From assembly GCA_020523885.1 (NCBI GenBank), contig JAJAPY010000017.1, positions 2,492-66,491 of the forward strand: a stretch of DNA of 64,000 bases, in the 5' to 3' direction. Every line of letters begins with the position of its first letter. Position 1 is the stretch's first letter. The translations under genes were made by a program, and so were the position numbers. The notes beneath the pieces were generated by a model, which saw only the letters and a program-made list of their open reading frames with translations, was not told the origin of the DNA and did not search any database. Shown in pieces: positions 61,801-64,000 of this stretch. The DNA is from Candidatus Liberimonas magnetica (GTDB lineage: Bacteria > Elusimicrobiota > Endomicrobiia > Endomicrobiales > JAFGIL01).

Positions 61801-63999
61801 AGGTGTGTCCGCTTTAGTACCGTATTTCCTGAGTTTATTAGCCAGCATAACGGCTTTTGCTGCTGCTGAATCTATTGCGACCTGGAAAATATATTTAAGT
61901 AAAACCCCTACTTTTTTAAATGAATCATTCCCTTTATAATTAAATAACATAACGATAGGAACCCCGATGTATACACCGATAAACGGTATGAAACAAAAAA
62001 GTGAGATCAATAAAGCCTGTTTCTTGCTTATTTTAAACATGTCTGCAATGACAAAAGAAGCAATTATAGAATAGATGTAACTTGGAATAGCTGTGATTAC
62101 TGATGCAACAGTAAATGCGAAAAGAGCGGCCCATGACCCTGTAAAAGCTGCAGCTGACAACGATGATGCAATCCCCAGAAAAGCTATAGGCAGACCTGGC
62201 AAAGCAGGCATAACCAATAACGAATAAAGCAGGATATAACCTAAGGTTTTCCTGTCGCTCATCAGCCCTTTTAGCGTTAAATAAGTTCCTTCAGTTAATT
62301 TGTTCGAACTGTGCCTTTCATCAATATCTTTAGATAGTTTGTCTTCGGTTGAGCTTATCTCTATCGTTAAGGATCTCTTCAATAACCTGGGCAGTAATCT
62401 AAGATATTTCTGCCGTCCGTCACTTTTAATGTTTTTAGCAAAAGCCTTAATATCTATTAATTTATAGGTAATTTTAGCATCAGGTACTGCCTTGTTTTGA
62501 CTTTGGTTTTCGATTGCGGGTTTTAAGGATGCATTTGGCTGGGTTGTTTTTTCAGTAATAGAGAGCTTGTTTTTATCGCTTACTTCAATTACAGCGATAT
62601 TGCCGGAATTGTGTTTTAATTCGATTATCAGGCTGTTAGTTGCAGGATTGATATTTATTGTTGGAACTTCTAATTTATATTCCGCAACACTTTTATCGCT
62701 CATCCATGCACCAAAAAGTTTATCGAGGTCAGCTTTCAAAGCGGATAAGTTATCTTTTGACGAAGGTGCTCTTTTCTTGATCTCATTGTCAATCATTGCA
62801 GCTAACAAGACTATGAACTTTTCATCACATATCTTTTTTATTTTTTCATCATAACCAGGGCTGCCGGGTTCAAATCCTTCCCATTTAGCGATGACCGGGC
62901 TAAGGCTCGAGCCAGAAAATAATCCGACCAGTTCGGTATCCATTTTGCCAGTGAGTATTTTTTCATAACGGCCCTCATCATACGGTTTCGTCACATTAGG
63001 TGTTATGGATATAAAAGAAACACCTTTCCCCTTTAATTTTTTAACTACTTCACTGTGAAAACCGCCTGCTACAACGATTTCTATGGATTTAAAGTCTTTA
63101 AGATGTGATATAACCAGCGAACTATCGCAATTTTTAGGGCCATTCGGGGTTTTGCCCGGCATGAAATTATTGATGTTATTTGTAAATATTTCATTACGAG
63201 CAACATTTGTCTGGTAATATTTAATGATTTCCTGGTCTTTTGAAAGATTTATTATTGTTTCTAATTGAGGGTCATTGTAAAGGTATTTCTTTAACAATAA
63301 TGCAAATCTGCTTGAATTATTAATAAAATAACTAAAGCTCTCCGAGGATGACTTTAACTGTACAAAGCTTTCAAAGTCTTTGGCCATTGAAGTCAGGAAT
63401 AACAACTCTTTATCTAATAGCCTGTCAGCATGCTTATATAAAACCTGATCTATGAATACGTCTTCTTCTTTTATCAGAAATATGGGGTTTAATATATGAT
63501 TTAGGTAAATATAAGAAAGGAATTTCGCTACATTAGGGTATCTCGCTTCTATTTCTTTTGTATTATATTTAGATATTTCATATAAGGCTGTATAATAATC
63601 TTCATAATTATTGTTTTTATCCAGTTTATCAGCGAGTTTTTGGTAGATAGTGTACGGCAGTTTCTGCTTTAATTCGCTTACATACGTCCTTAATTCATTC
63701 GGAAGGCTCTTGTATTTTATTTCTTTTTTAAGGTCTATTATATTTATATAAGTGGACAGGTCCGGGTATTTTTCCAGAGCTTCATTGTTTTTTACCGAAA
63801 GTTTTTTTAGTGTTAAATAATATTTATCATCTTTAGTTTTAGTTTTCAAATTGGTCTTTAGATATTTCTCTAAGACTGATATATCTTTAGATAAATATGT
63901 CTTCTTAAGCCCGATTAGCTTGTTTCTCAGGTCATCGGCCAGCATTTTATATTTGTTCTTATTTTCACAAAGCTCTTTAATTCTTTTTATATTAGCTAT
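28867..63999 (-). CDS. Giant multi-enzyme membrane protein (>11,700 aa; N-terminus outside window)
   Basis: 35 kb with no stop codon; frame stays open upstream of ATG 63945 (IANIKRIKELCENKNKYK-M) to the window edge; contains PLC-like, GNAT, PLD, transglutaminase-like, HAD, GH2, PRPP-synthetase-like, UPRTase-like and kinase-like motifs and many TM helices. Confidence 0.95.
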   Translation of the reverse strand: MANIKRIKELCENKNKYKMLADDLRNKLIGLKKTYLSKDISVLEKYLKTNLKTKTKDDKYYLTLKKLSVKNNEALEKYPDLSTYINIIDLKKEIKYKSLPNELRTYVSELKQKLPYTIYQKLADKLDKNNNYEDYYTALYEISKYNTKEIEARYPNVAKFLSYIYLNHILNPIFLIKEEDVFIDQVLYKHADRLLDKELLFLTSMAKDFESFVQLKSSSESFSYFINNSSRFALLLKKYLYNDPQLETIINLSKDQEIIKYYQTNVARNEIFTNNINNFMPGKTPNGPKNCDSSLVISHLKDFKSIEIVVAGGFHSEVVKKLKGKGVSFISITPNVTKPYDEGRYEKILTGKMDTELVGLFSGSSLSPVIAKWEGFEPGSPGYDEKIKKICDEKFIVLLAAMIDNEIKKRAPSSKDNLSALKADLDKLFGAWMSDKSVAEYKLEVPTININPATNSLIIELKHNSGNIAVIEVSDKNKLSITEKTTQPNASLKPAIENQSQNKAVPDAKITYKLIDIKAFAKNIKSDGRQKYLRLLPRLLKRSLTIEISSTEDKLSKDIDERHSSNKLTEGTYLTLKGLMSDRKTLGYILLYSLLVMPALPGLPIAFLGIASSLSAAAFTGSWAALFAFTVASVITAIPSYIYSIIASFVIADMFKISKKQALLISLFCFIPFIGVYIGVPIVMLFNYKGNDSFKKVGVLLKYIFQVAIDSAAAKAVMLANKLRKYGTKADTPIGIVRSQIPVVNENVDTAAAGKTQGVVDLQNLLALTAEGTDEHSNIDGLALSQPSEMNPRNLSRFSDQLEMPYAQGTHRRVSEYAFKVMPDDLKDLLKQNMGRLLEGSVSPDRVRDGTNHTDPRSRLIQEIGVLQNLIKMNKDPGAIAFSLGIIAHYTADTVVHSVEDHHTIENKFKTRDLEGIPIESARYVKNLKAYIVSLPSMSKAVHSSTADLEEKKDAVYKFTCQAVADIWYSAWMQAKNLPVPDDVKRFVPPVTAFGVQAPEPEVKARKTKQTKKSIKTVPPEVTVVGDIKIRRSDNRDWKLYKNDIKRINFECFSSDVVPETRSLTDALRDSRSIFLIAERENKVVGFLIARPLENESDVVNRDIDSNLGRRNTLYIEEVAVSSEFRDKGITTALRSQLIDIARTGRIKYKYISGHVLPGTAEILFGENAEVISEEETGTVPATEYFRYDLNDETELNDVRDETPQLKPVLDVSDNASVATEVIPEEQAGLILPKHRAWVEEERKKANLPQALPENETNVDNDKSEESPSVFHWILSIIGFTKDIILGGILFSADLWWRLIKKTGLIKDKKRNQVKYKNFEEKLHSTLIAALGDENYAPETYLLPETEHNAIEGLPDWLFFTNSKESGEAFFERLGKAIPKAKSTVDISSLSYDEDMVRKYLAPAIAELEASIPENESGTYPLIRIIAGMNFSKKRINILYDALTSMLPQDRKWKVNIAFISVNYNKPGLNFNHSKMVLIDGASGGTLITGGHNFGNVYVRKNRPWSDLSLILHGQIAQEAQAAFDRLYDVGSNMIFRMGARCSWGGWKDCHNTPPVPQIDKEVYNNPEEKVTAYSTLRGRFNLLEQKEDYSGDKALYALLDAAENHIYMSQDMLAYLGDSYNPGIIARLFKKALDGLDVDIIVSRNTPEQVNKLRLAGVLWMLNAGIKDPQEIQKALDRVHFAKAKTMNHNKYVAVDGKAFYIGSQNTYPGNFGHNIGGSADIFDYGVIVTGPTAKSVEEKLFLNILWNQKNAKHFTSSELRSAQDLIEDAASVENPFKNRSYDELDNGILPVIAGKDSSNIFEKEKLVKTIKNIVTDLRDTINGNETENENLEATAPIKKQEEFDSWVAWQIATREFEDTLNPIRFYLDHYRGENRYRGGYIQRAFGVAAITATMYAAWTYNFLSSLIHKNAFNAALKIAKHSAKRANIRSHAWYNLNFSKHKLTKPYIIGQPGLSKSEGQIALPAQDNLLEQLNQLSPDDIATATAILNDTSLDGSQLKIIASQVSLLTAVGISKSINNKKFDPVEKLTVLMHITELISSLQNLKIKPSVLQIIILSIINKTSSAKEIIAYLDKTSKFVISLPGLGANLTETEDYVKALIEKSKTFFEYMDYLNNLTAFMAALKDKGLEFNGAITPIVIAFLNIKISGSVILAPSQYAGTEFKPYLNKIQEFALGLIPGSGQVDDVVKMGIKGLMSDVLPVLIQETGTPVEFYAYLNSLTELLKNLNKKGVSYTAVKELLLQVFKLSLDSSRKNLISNQSAAANVFSEWNLYMKALAAFVNNLPENMQPREKELLLENLLVPVLKASSLGYFQFNGFLVRIGAVLVQVYKENKTAEQLTEHILNEIKTYTTFNANPVEAIESALSSLEEQLQQGRSLELPTEEIVQSKEEIGQSMIEVAMAMSIAVGFAGVLLTFAGVMPTWFGIVSGVLLAANTVVLLYINARRADERLKNFLELSKVKELKGAKSGEIGTFPINRVKVINFTLNPREEKIVLRAVQTVKKKVYSSIRLGNLDTDDSLRALRVLARLNSISEGIANGSIMKFNPIIEGKEKFLLGYTKNNQIVLPADFLRKNILNLPEILYYLAHIAEYGLPKTVDARHDKRKEIYEGEPRKIFGNINTLKTVLRQYVGQALIQNAWRKTWKRIEKGVLTSFLIIMLCSIGTAAVFGYQTTSLADAIYLRTLSEVPQLVDKDFDRKAYNETMASLDTPTKIAKYMAPWKPRIEAFQSASSEVIWGLNRTKGQYDKYGTLCSGYSRFAEKALQLHGYKTYTILIDWQTKPKSNSIQDSIRSHFVHEFIIYRDIKTEKWNIMSPYVNIILNSATFEDAIKFAASKDFRDTFGTALPKDVNKITISVAASQDFRYLYTQRYVAVNTHGKSLNSGYTLYKSDMLYETFNIVWPLQPLQELLIYSSIAALANLVIAARRKKTKKDVSVLTDSGKVEFLKLVELINEGINKGIIKDINSIKGLLQLNPKIAGEFLSSSKEGKILGAYIANKSAWIEKMNKLKADSFIISMTGEERKERVANWKNYPPNNFDDFLNYLRDTNNTKSLEKLEGLIKNDFMVFLEYRDFMERLLEVRPKLKANILYRIKEIINILLRRENLLLDNVLNYIPDDYQGLYIFKMMYADYAKRGFFIFSKDRRRKNDVLDALRLLRKDKENLSVEGIKVDVYSYILGQKLRFEIVDEIEASGKQKDYQIDAQNSRISISARSIDKFNVWKVKNLILESINALLIQEYQLGTLSSPVTEQPAARSKTRQKLKKPEKATAVGEDLNRLLKAAKTTVFLSLFISSIIHKGSVILAKKLIELFRSGKNVTEDFDSALKEVNLPDINKLAASLNTHDITDIEIWDSPDLILDENAYALATIEDNKLLLNSVLAYSLLRAPPEGQTIEDALRIIAQHEKLEFDGINEQSSLIYKSFSEYLFQPKIKDNNRTPDNFHKFLYFVANSNQPIQGISKEDAQSNINLLTYAKELIIANQAKENKEKPIPMTIAKAIEAIKSGEFDNIDQFIFDYDHTLWEGTAKMSDKETDLLKVLAEGRHLTILTGGIYEHKLNGLRPLLEKLDGKSIRLYELNGLNAYEFTIGTDKKIHKKVIYKNKYLPGLLKFLYVLLKMRPSKKDTIVKMAKYYDFPLNKVAYVGDSFGMKKVEKSVINKIIEGETTNDLPVADLIPEGAKVIWTQGTEDTIQLLDVLNERIEKTSSIPSIDHDQASSRDGHPKEDISLKDATLINDFKELENASNGDLPDLVLVMTGNNKRMENYYRDFIKSGLDPSLSNIPFDVVPSAQTGDGISLIDALTYQDSERMEILRRQYPQLAGKDITKMRIVVLNISESEPSRITNELPIQIKGKKITPLELALLRGVRETQRLKDKNRYGIVVKDPGNIVLGYMNRVGDVTCELAKVSDDQMDEQKHPTVLKNGNARILKLFPDYDTEKIDETIEKSQMPPKLKDPKVEQNYAFTGNLTISFEDTEKYLFFLKSMKKLKAAATAGYVNRSPPKLDLVKHILIPLVMLSNNEDPFTYLMLFRKTLKGNKDYYLNIFRFYRNLFRDSHFSNFSLTSFTPEASLITRSYPDTEAIPSSCKKQLETFQRISEKPEYPLSAKPKDSILKRIRTKVSLTLFRLKPTMGKEIDEELTADISQIDPKSGVIFKSAKTYLDEWEKTLEEYNTTGDFVGLERIFEISKNFISITKFSNKMFGFNAKSSAQLYKKFTELSLKTIESIDNQTIETNAKYIGSENLQLTLSALNNFKNRFIPLSLYGLEYLRGLDFARNLDIMSGYIFNKKSFFERTGIMPLNRLVFGMGYGIRVSKNDLRKQIDKISGLGNMILESLYNNEELRLDIEHYIKDMENPPEQIALGMNKAWNQRKALQRTLNLLISLQSIIATIVWSIGSNYVSTQLSTIILLSFIIPFVTGIGLSMFLHWTFIIIGRDNYFYDSRIKTINGYITPELKENISKAITKADEIKTLIDSSISLIDKLYQANRSNKLVLKTIKSAKEDIIRLSHALMKALHNADEKLAITALDSILEAVKRLENTKDNEGSKDATKQLSDNKNKLEKIIYDSKIRFQNKIKSIESETYNPADVFDVSNHYIGHWYSVLGNNQSLSSDDIDSMRDDLKKIIKITPISFKTEEIAHRDKIMNLYGHLQILLDLTFDKISELNSEESVKLNPEIKALAEMYSYVIAYCKIHGYINNIEILSKYEISKNSTWYFLEKTHLMDLVRLIFGVSVGSALSKRYILKLMQNIINSGNYIILGLYNKEELDKEQETYFRSKNSHTYFELGMSEGWRVRRMLSRFLPLVLLLKPFVIYFIWGTSITAAGFLYSFVTGVGLLILFHWTPIILGLFTNSYRKGGKIIKKYKAMGDKTSTAAPYHNDILENECEQLNEAVDGELPDLVLVMTGNNASDTEYFNELFEKRNPKLKDTPFECIPSASLGNGISFFDSFFINNLTSKHPALQGKDPSKLRIVVLNCDGIDRNILNSKLNIKIRGKSVTPLELALLNGIKALQNLGSTKDGPRGGRVVIDPGYAYLGKIKRTGNITLIGSNVSYSQTVSQSLSIIMQNGRLNRLFHKFNTGSDLANQLTKRSVIGLYDFNNPDIKQIQAYTGITLFSFDDPAQFSSFCSVISKLKNQIVQESSGRSPPMLEMIAHFLIPYIILSNKENPYTFYAKLMNFMEQNGEAELSAQDQDFYWTIFDSLKSLSGESRFQKVEVYTPPESIFTSAIAGTRDNAEFEGQMNAFSDISEQANKKLYDNTRIIESIPIKERPIEDLPVDFTPTEVVPVDLSQEKTLLNGNWGVIAKDGDITTTAMNLPTNWELAEGVHNYAGAMLFHKKLNIASVPKDKQILLHFDGVDYFTRVYVNGRLVISHEGYFQPFEVDIAPYLVAGDNDIVVEVNSPNEQAGYAHTYSTIWPQMKRLLKGIFQIWDLRPGSRLVPYTEDWNPMDGQDMNTGGIWNDVTLIVKDKVRIENAKITTNLNKGPKGDANIAIEINGENKLDVNQTVIYEIIIRDPDGNILNEDGKPLTPREKIFEPYTKKVTLELVPGQNKQIVDVTIPDPQLWWTWDLCDPGHKPALYDVEITLSQDSKKQRLDSYKNQVGIREIKQADDGTWYLNGRKIKPRGTSYVSSLMLSQSKGFFERDIELLKKLNMNLVRVHAHVEPYEFYKLCDENGIMVWQDFTLQWQYSDSEEFRHQAVKQIAEMVNMLYNHPSVVLWCCHNEPALSGQTDKSKTLDQLMFEKVRRLDRSRIVKEFSGHDEHIYPEWYMPSFMYRIYNTVFPSEFGAQSLPSEEMIRRMLVGVADDKDEENNWNIIKQMDWRRLKNYYKLMKSKPDDLSPEDQLAKKVLKRLIYHNFQPYYMFGMAGVEPAKTLSEFIANSQDYQGKLIKRYTEKFRREKHFKGQIMFTFNDIWNSITWSVVDFFRNEKSSFELMRLANQPLMASAVTKNQDEKRIHSHWFEELWLVNDLNIVPNSKLKISIFKVDKTSGARKVIKEKTMDVVIPSNDTTKLSLDKSAWQIGDDIEAGDYEIRLDIIDGSGNIISTNKESEKVIRPTSMEEIELQRKHYLHKLIQYKMTADWMIYAVETWINFTVMLGLTFKTAKRFLLNFIRDWVKRADSENKPLNLLAITDEKISIEFNERRLAGKELRKGTNLGKEIDLRLKNPEPLKTAKNVTLECDIDSYDDIVTIILVADMLKLYAKKYGNKDFKVILKLRNVQEFKNGVDRLLSQHCDIIYKHYGDKEHVIEKPIVPLTPDKRKTSVVLQDVLYEHTRLRSDADIAAKNLKSIQSEWMTENKRFFGFLSDVPKNAERIIIENKDDQNPLNWVIKVPKDIAGKNIVLMHSTENNKDIMELWLILVALRDAGVNSISLINEYESYARQNKVSEDEFGHSGLAADTMLTMIDALVDTHVVLNAPYGNGKSGQVTFMGHVLYNLNAFVHVAEKQFELLLNSIPELELSEEQKQFLKDGKSLTLTNEQKVNIYQHLNSHPLLLLSPDMGSSSYAEEAALSLKDSIANRYGLDIPVVIESGFLNKDKLAEYKDNKIYQKFPAGSKKLPYKLFGWLLIDVLKINWFAKYVGVILEINGVPISNATVFLIDDEISTGTTLTAAKNILVKRKFGEKLIFRGVVHGKFSDKISEEDSDITCTNSMDIPKNYDPNRIANIGAVLKYVVNNLIGISLLRISGKTVSINAIELVLQGHKIYITRGLGLKGLGNVVAYEVTDNGIKYLTSKDVKEYLAYTSYDLAYTVKSIISNKGVYKGEPFEAELKSSADLRTSLAEVIKNLVKQLESKDDVIQTLKDKTIVLSSAITEENKTQPDYRIEGIRQIGILMRQFIDLRTSSLTTRYNIISRLTKETLKYLKYLNEALNETFLDFNKDENIIIMPVLKGGVVLQQAIYDTYPKAKVCPVTSERSASGPVLNYGIDWKDNPGKLQIQGGNIILADSLLVTGNTIIDIIEDLLPENPKSITILSIYDLPDGMESIAKKIKEWEDRFPDTDIRMLVACQADVSNAGNVPYPYAGDVGNEFSKDATDILHKLMDGTGIAGIINEFQSKYTEKRNEQLKREIIVRHQKTRLLKENVFTVDFWNINFRSNLEQLIAVLSLIGISLALGSYFTFVLNNVLLIITSSVFFLTFAVLLLKPIYSLISNMSLAINSEIALSRMPKINIPSTINEVSLDIYDSSNLDGNELVKWIQEQFKRQMKLDDEGWDNLSLDIFRLMEFVIKARKSGVRKIKFNAYTAKPTIFKNFTELSLSGTLKCSVNIFFKMNQNRSDIATINKITDSILIKARHKLAFSYKAYMSTTDIVKNHIITHDFSRKDEEARMRAEADIKNLAEELSNSADISEQGKGKLFREAIDLITEYKEGFNIKFFTPDNPLKSNIMNPFTDSSVIFIDPKLDEGKYTVYIDLDFWNSSILGKEDEKRNENLRIVSLLANISKQIHYMDVMHLSHYLDAKRFTYDELSIMARMKLVTTIREHVSQQTKDQEQLGLIELGRMNREGNMYTASVFGPIFNRSIEEYIQKTLIESADKNLLITCLRDRATPFRRLIFEFIQTNIVTSIYYLLNKLKIMNFIYFIIDFHNKFYFAHKDITKTIEKAKKIETTIQRISSSYSKGESNELIQMRLGDDFSKLNENLLALRKELNGLMIPLADWLFIRSMGETNSYGLTGEERKIYVEQISFVLLCQVIAQIEDVLNSKDTAIDIEQLQIKLQILISKLETVNKLVQKSREKDKPSQVKTKIPVLKNMPNPLAKQKKEHTASSPEQLIEESKEKLFDEGILSAVNPEPGILSQTKKKRKDNLGKGPVEVAPILLPGTAAEIVDQAVLISKIRYHIIIKGVLNSLRNEDLPWPKYLVNRTFSELYKELTDYLDTVDLKDPAVRGGISILFKKHLRQYDFFNDPFIESITKGIPDRANNPNFLPFEKYDKDNALEFVNLLGVGGSFARILVKDKNDSSKLKVLLIPLNGSKEAVKGLRIILQKLAPVKRVSQEDPQSLDRFEDQALLLEYFEGKNILSEDVYNSLTNKSFIELTNIVEAALKCGFYPVDIYNSILLGNDGLPFIINVADFDPLVQPVTDSEIKSASSFVINQIRRDIITDALKIIPVWPLDDFRAKRVKNIETMLDNKPELTIQEAIDETKKGNSNPLVSSITTLKIRSIPILGFFFRNLDTDLAIFLDTFRVSAALWVAAVIFAPIIEAKELMGIFTGIGMESLTYASVNKLLKWEDIEKNEKLDKFLKKHRSYDSNRDILVSGVKSIYDAVNSSLNKSIFSIWLSNIISHALHNNTALLYLKAPPIIESTSDLTVRTNKGALLRFNVSRFPGKELKEGTELGQEIDLRIKDPEYLKTAEYVTIETNIYNYDDVVKIIAAADMLKLLASNFGNTHLIVKLKLINVNKFSNSIDSLLALHCDEIYLSSANYEKPYRIEKPIIPLNDSSRKSSVWIQDVLYEHGRLKDDADMAAKNLKVEGSKRIIIENKEDENPLNWVVNVPQAIAGKNVVLIHSTENNKDILELWLILAALRDAGVASISLIDEYESYLKQDKIFVNEYGYSGIAADTMLKMIDAFVDNHAVFNAHFGDESGRTSFMGHVLYNLNAFVQVAEKQFEILLDSIPELLSDKDKKSLKDGNGLTLTPEQKVKILLYLKSHPLLLLSPDVRSPNYIAEAVIGLKDSIATRYGLDIPIQIESGLVYKNKNITAKVSINENIFRKLPVGHKRLLYLLFGWLFIDILKSNSFANYVGVILEINGIPVNNSTVFIIDDETNTGATLDTAKEILSKLHFKKEMIFRGIVHNKFSEDMSKEHSDIICTNSMDIPKNCNKDRIANIGAILNYVVNNLIGISLLKIEGKTVSINSIELVIHGHKLYITRGLGIKGQGNVVAYEATDNGIKYLTSDELKEYLKYLPNDKTLALSVKSIISNKGVFTGKSLETEITTSSNLRTSMLEVINNLAKQLESKDDAIKTLKDKAIVLSTALTEEDMPEAKYRTEGIKKISVLIRQFIDLREGSLTTRFNIISRLTKETLKFLNLNKDERVIIMPILRGGAVLEQAIHDTYPDAKVCDVTTRRSDAGLILDYGIDWKKEPDKLQIEGSNIILADTLLVTGKTIIETVEELLTTIPEGQRVPIKPKSITILSIYDVPDGMELVAKKIKEWKDRYPDVNIRMLIACQADISNTSKSPYPYAGDVGDEFFLDRKTRKQTTGYEIMHMLIDGKGIVGIINEFQFEYTKETNEKKREHFIYKNQKIPFLKEKVFSVDFWKDEINSDLKHLIFMSGLAGISAALGVYLILILHNVILFIASTVFVLIFTGLLIKFTYSLLSHISLRINSEKILSATPRNIPVSINNVSLDIYDTYNLNANNLSIWLQEQFKEQLSLNDDDLKKLFSYYDFYRLREFIIEARKAGVKEIKFNDYPDGLKALKGSTELSLSGTLKCPANLFLKPSIVKDPDHYILISNKIILMVLINIKNKLHHIHNAEMSARDIIDYHIADEYPLSTEEGDLILKAKTEIKDFGQALTDSNDISEQKKGKTFNEATNLIDNYLGECEIMFFDPDEQVKSYLMDPFNVPNFVFVDPQLNESGKPVIYIEHDFWEQSIIGKAGEEKDSNLRVVALLANIAKQLEVMKLKPQLSLRELNNIKREGNTYASSVFGPVLTRSIQEYIKTTLVKSDYKNLLFASVDNRAPPFKKLLFNLMQTDISTRVYYLLHKTRILDFIFSIVDSYNKSYFAHNNILTAIDKSRKIEDTLRIVSSSLAKGEPYDLIKLRLGNDFNKMPDDLIALKNELNGLMIGMTECLSLRSLEENTAYGLKGEERKIYMEQINFVLLCQVITHIENILNGKDTAMDLEQLYAELKLLTTSLHKVYEFIQNGTNESPSFAETQKTEPLEDTKTVTQNTEPNKEITMIDQADTIYKIRYRIIIQRMLYNLLDLEEFMSWPKESLKDMFSELYKELVTYLDNNGFDKTILSEEVRNICMEHLGKFGLDISMIIHNMNSINKQVKDEDYLQLDKYDSSNALEFVKLLGIGQDFAGILVKDKNDSLKLKVLLIPLTRGYVIVKNTREILENLTTVNGIVQLDLQSFDRLGDKALLLQYIKGDNIMHRSIAEKLNGKFFVELRNIIKDILKAGFYPKDIHQNILVTNNGLPMVIDVADYRYSKHVEQLSDSEIEAEADELINSIKRECISISFGSSNNQLESDIIACLDKKPGITIKESIDEVIRKDLWFNRFKQIYEPIYQEFLENIDQEGFVTGTEEFFNELKGKDVYLAVATATWKDIMTKALLWIASAGHSLPIRKMYCAGQGSRNDYPYLNKTEAIKQALKDSVRKADTAVMIGDSPDDIKAGKRAGVFCIGVYNSEERKQELIKAGADIVIPNYNPDVRGYLLWWMRINDDDKKHSEPDGVIVCGNRPEKRITLYVSDWDGTIVNKPKKYSFTNAFVTLWKEMLDAKTTSLSTAEVRALKIKGEQLIQDTKGMSEPERVSALLQLLKDSLETSGQTASASQAAVGYWDGAVDAVLENLQASTTLGSLKDSTDAIASEVKKAILAGATPVVDKKDIDLRFEELAQKKLAVYPSLAGLTIEVERHRPNEMGLIEIGKTKDGKAVYGHCGIAQDGTRLKLLVSKVFYDIYSKDEWADVIDTELHEFSAINIQGSAEYEVLNSYISGTLSRQESWHRMLEQAPDGSPYTKDKEIHQRSREYILSTPLPQTTAAKITEFVRRVYPGAQFIKTLKDISINAARALGPEATTSPGSLISSIEKAEIIRILDKYGYSGLLDYIDKNPDTCSYILKIASLLALLHKKLPQDTYEDRLRVLGPTVENIVDYATYILNNYNTFGGDLLLFVGRGSIPLAEAVKSLAPRYNINPKNIIILPVSNESEGVYDKDILFGYLKRIIEQQGIRIDCEHNITICEERSTERSLSKIVNSLPEMWHVQCFPFGIKNPYPQSSSYQKLSGKDQEITDSSVILDTLASHAPDSIVANIETALIPKIEDYARYFVDGRGIIVILDILEYIVRSENSRTVNKTTAPNTAMSATFILNVCKNIVQPLHMIKQLVDDITGNSVIEDRFKILAEKAGNRELARDLVSKVSLLIIPSAMPPDQIKNLIDKRNEAGVKSLPITAGKVKEDAKNFVLPVCIGTNTEIYDDNNYILINLSYYDGILHYSIMPEDSKKAGPDIEARIGLTLTQQLNEKGLISVSEFGMQAWAIEYPSELSGPVESLSAKMYPELRKVVKRSFTLAEKETDEQHILANIGLYQMAKNSTNKGVIGVTQVTLKTQRESGLVNYAKDNPNISSIIVDIKNPNEAGVIEKLNTASKELKEMGIQLIVNIKKEWLVEQSLPINFDIYVDLSASETTDLDTLNNNITANKNKGLIPLNCNILVLTKNNVDAAAVRRQYGFEVIYSITTENENLDEASSSVKTAVQNGASISLNISDTIENPEQLKPLCEESMKARRLIIDESYIDKKPQPGVFKIGLLNMIWGMIPKSNILSEDVRQAVARNETWEIADKMTTKEDAEKLFIRLKPIFEKIEAIDTILLRMSKNEVVSKEEICTAINNLYGQIDAADNIKKLIKVLIDNKIKSLIEKIKSEEDPNIIRIYLSEARAAIIGYMGGVSFGVVNSRIADFDTLAGTLKLDEIKAIINNIEKSRINPSIKMPNNPNLIALKDNLKSISFLVGNEASFLTDDEAWTLIGEMLQFYTKDNDQKIPFKKEIQTGIVIGTKQILSAA
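33390..39090 (-). repeat. Copy 2 of the ~6.5 kb-period intragenic tandem duplication
   Basis: Collinear with 39590-45620; e.g. DNA at 37444 and 43921 nearly identical (offset 6477). Confidence 0.92.
39590..45620 (-). repeat. Copy 1 of the ~6.5 kb-period intragenic tandem duplication
   Basis: GKEL..GT.LG.EIDLR through L(D)NKP.(L/I)TI.E.IDE shared with 33390-39090. Confidence 0.92.
48330..52800 (-). repeat. A-B-B-A arrangement of two diverged intragenic protein repeats
   Basis: A modules (51780-52800, 48330-49360) share LPDLVLVMTGNN, TPLELALL.G, RSPP; B modules (50710-51150, 49470-49880) share E.T..M.L.RL.FG, LGM...W..R..L.R, TG.GL....HWT. Confidence 0.85.
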
Positions 64000-64000
64000 A

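Noticed and set aside
29021-62854. Many short plus-strand and alternate-frame ORFs overlapping the giant gene
   Set aside because: Antisense shadows of a long coding frame, with no RBS or recognisable motifs
63943-63945. ATG at 63945 as the true start of the giant gene
   Set aside because: The frame remains open to the window edge and no RBS or signal peptide is present
1-64000. CRISPR array, tRNA, rRNA, transposase or integrase
   Set aside because: No repeat-spacer arrays, RNA gene signatures or recombinase motifs recognised by eye

Overview
AT-rich bacterial chromosome segment with almost all genes on the minus strand. The lineage is probably Elusimicrobiota or an Omnitrophota-like group (inference from the giant-gene architecture; no marker gene is present to confirm it). 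The left 29 kb holds: an FMN-riboswitch-controlled riboflavin operon (ribD-ribE-ribBA, the last truncated by the window edge); a sulfate-activation island (cysD, cysN, TauE/SafE-type transporter, an AlkP-superfamily phosphodiesterase and two paralogous membrane-anchored sulfatase-like proteins lacking the formylglycine motif); a housekeeping run (tandem-PC4 protein, TrmH methyltransferase, TPR protein, NYN RNase, lipid A acyltransferase, DUF362-ferredoxin, metallophosphoesterase, WecB/TagA transferase, smc); a probable ceramide-synthesis trio (CerR-like, Spt, CerS-like); and a PilZ protein. Many intergenic gaps contain inverted repeats built from different 7-nt tandem units. The right 35 kb is a single uninterrupted ORF of more than 11,700 aa that runs off the window edge. 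It strings together recognisable enzyme modules (Zn phospholipase C-like, GNAT, two-HKD phospholipase D, transglutaminase-like, two HAD domains of which one is circularly permuted, GH2 glycosidase, and a duplicated PRPP-synthetase/UPRTase/kinase-like block), separated by membrane segments and recurring linker motifs. All domain calls are from motif recognition by eye, with no database searches.
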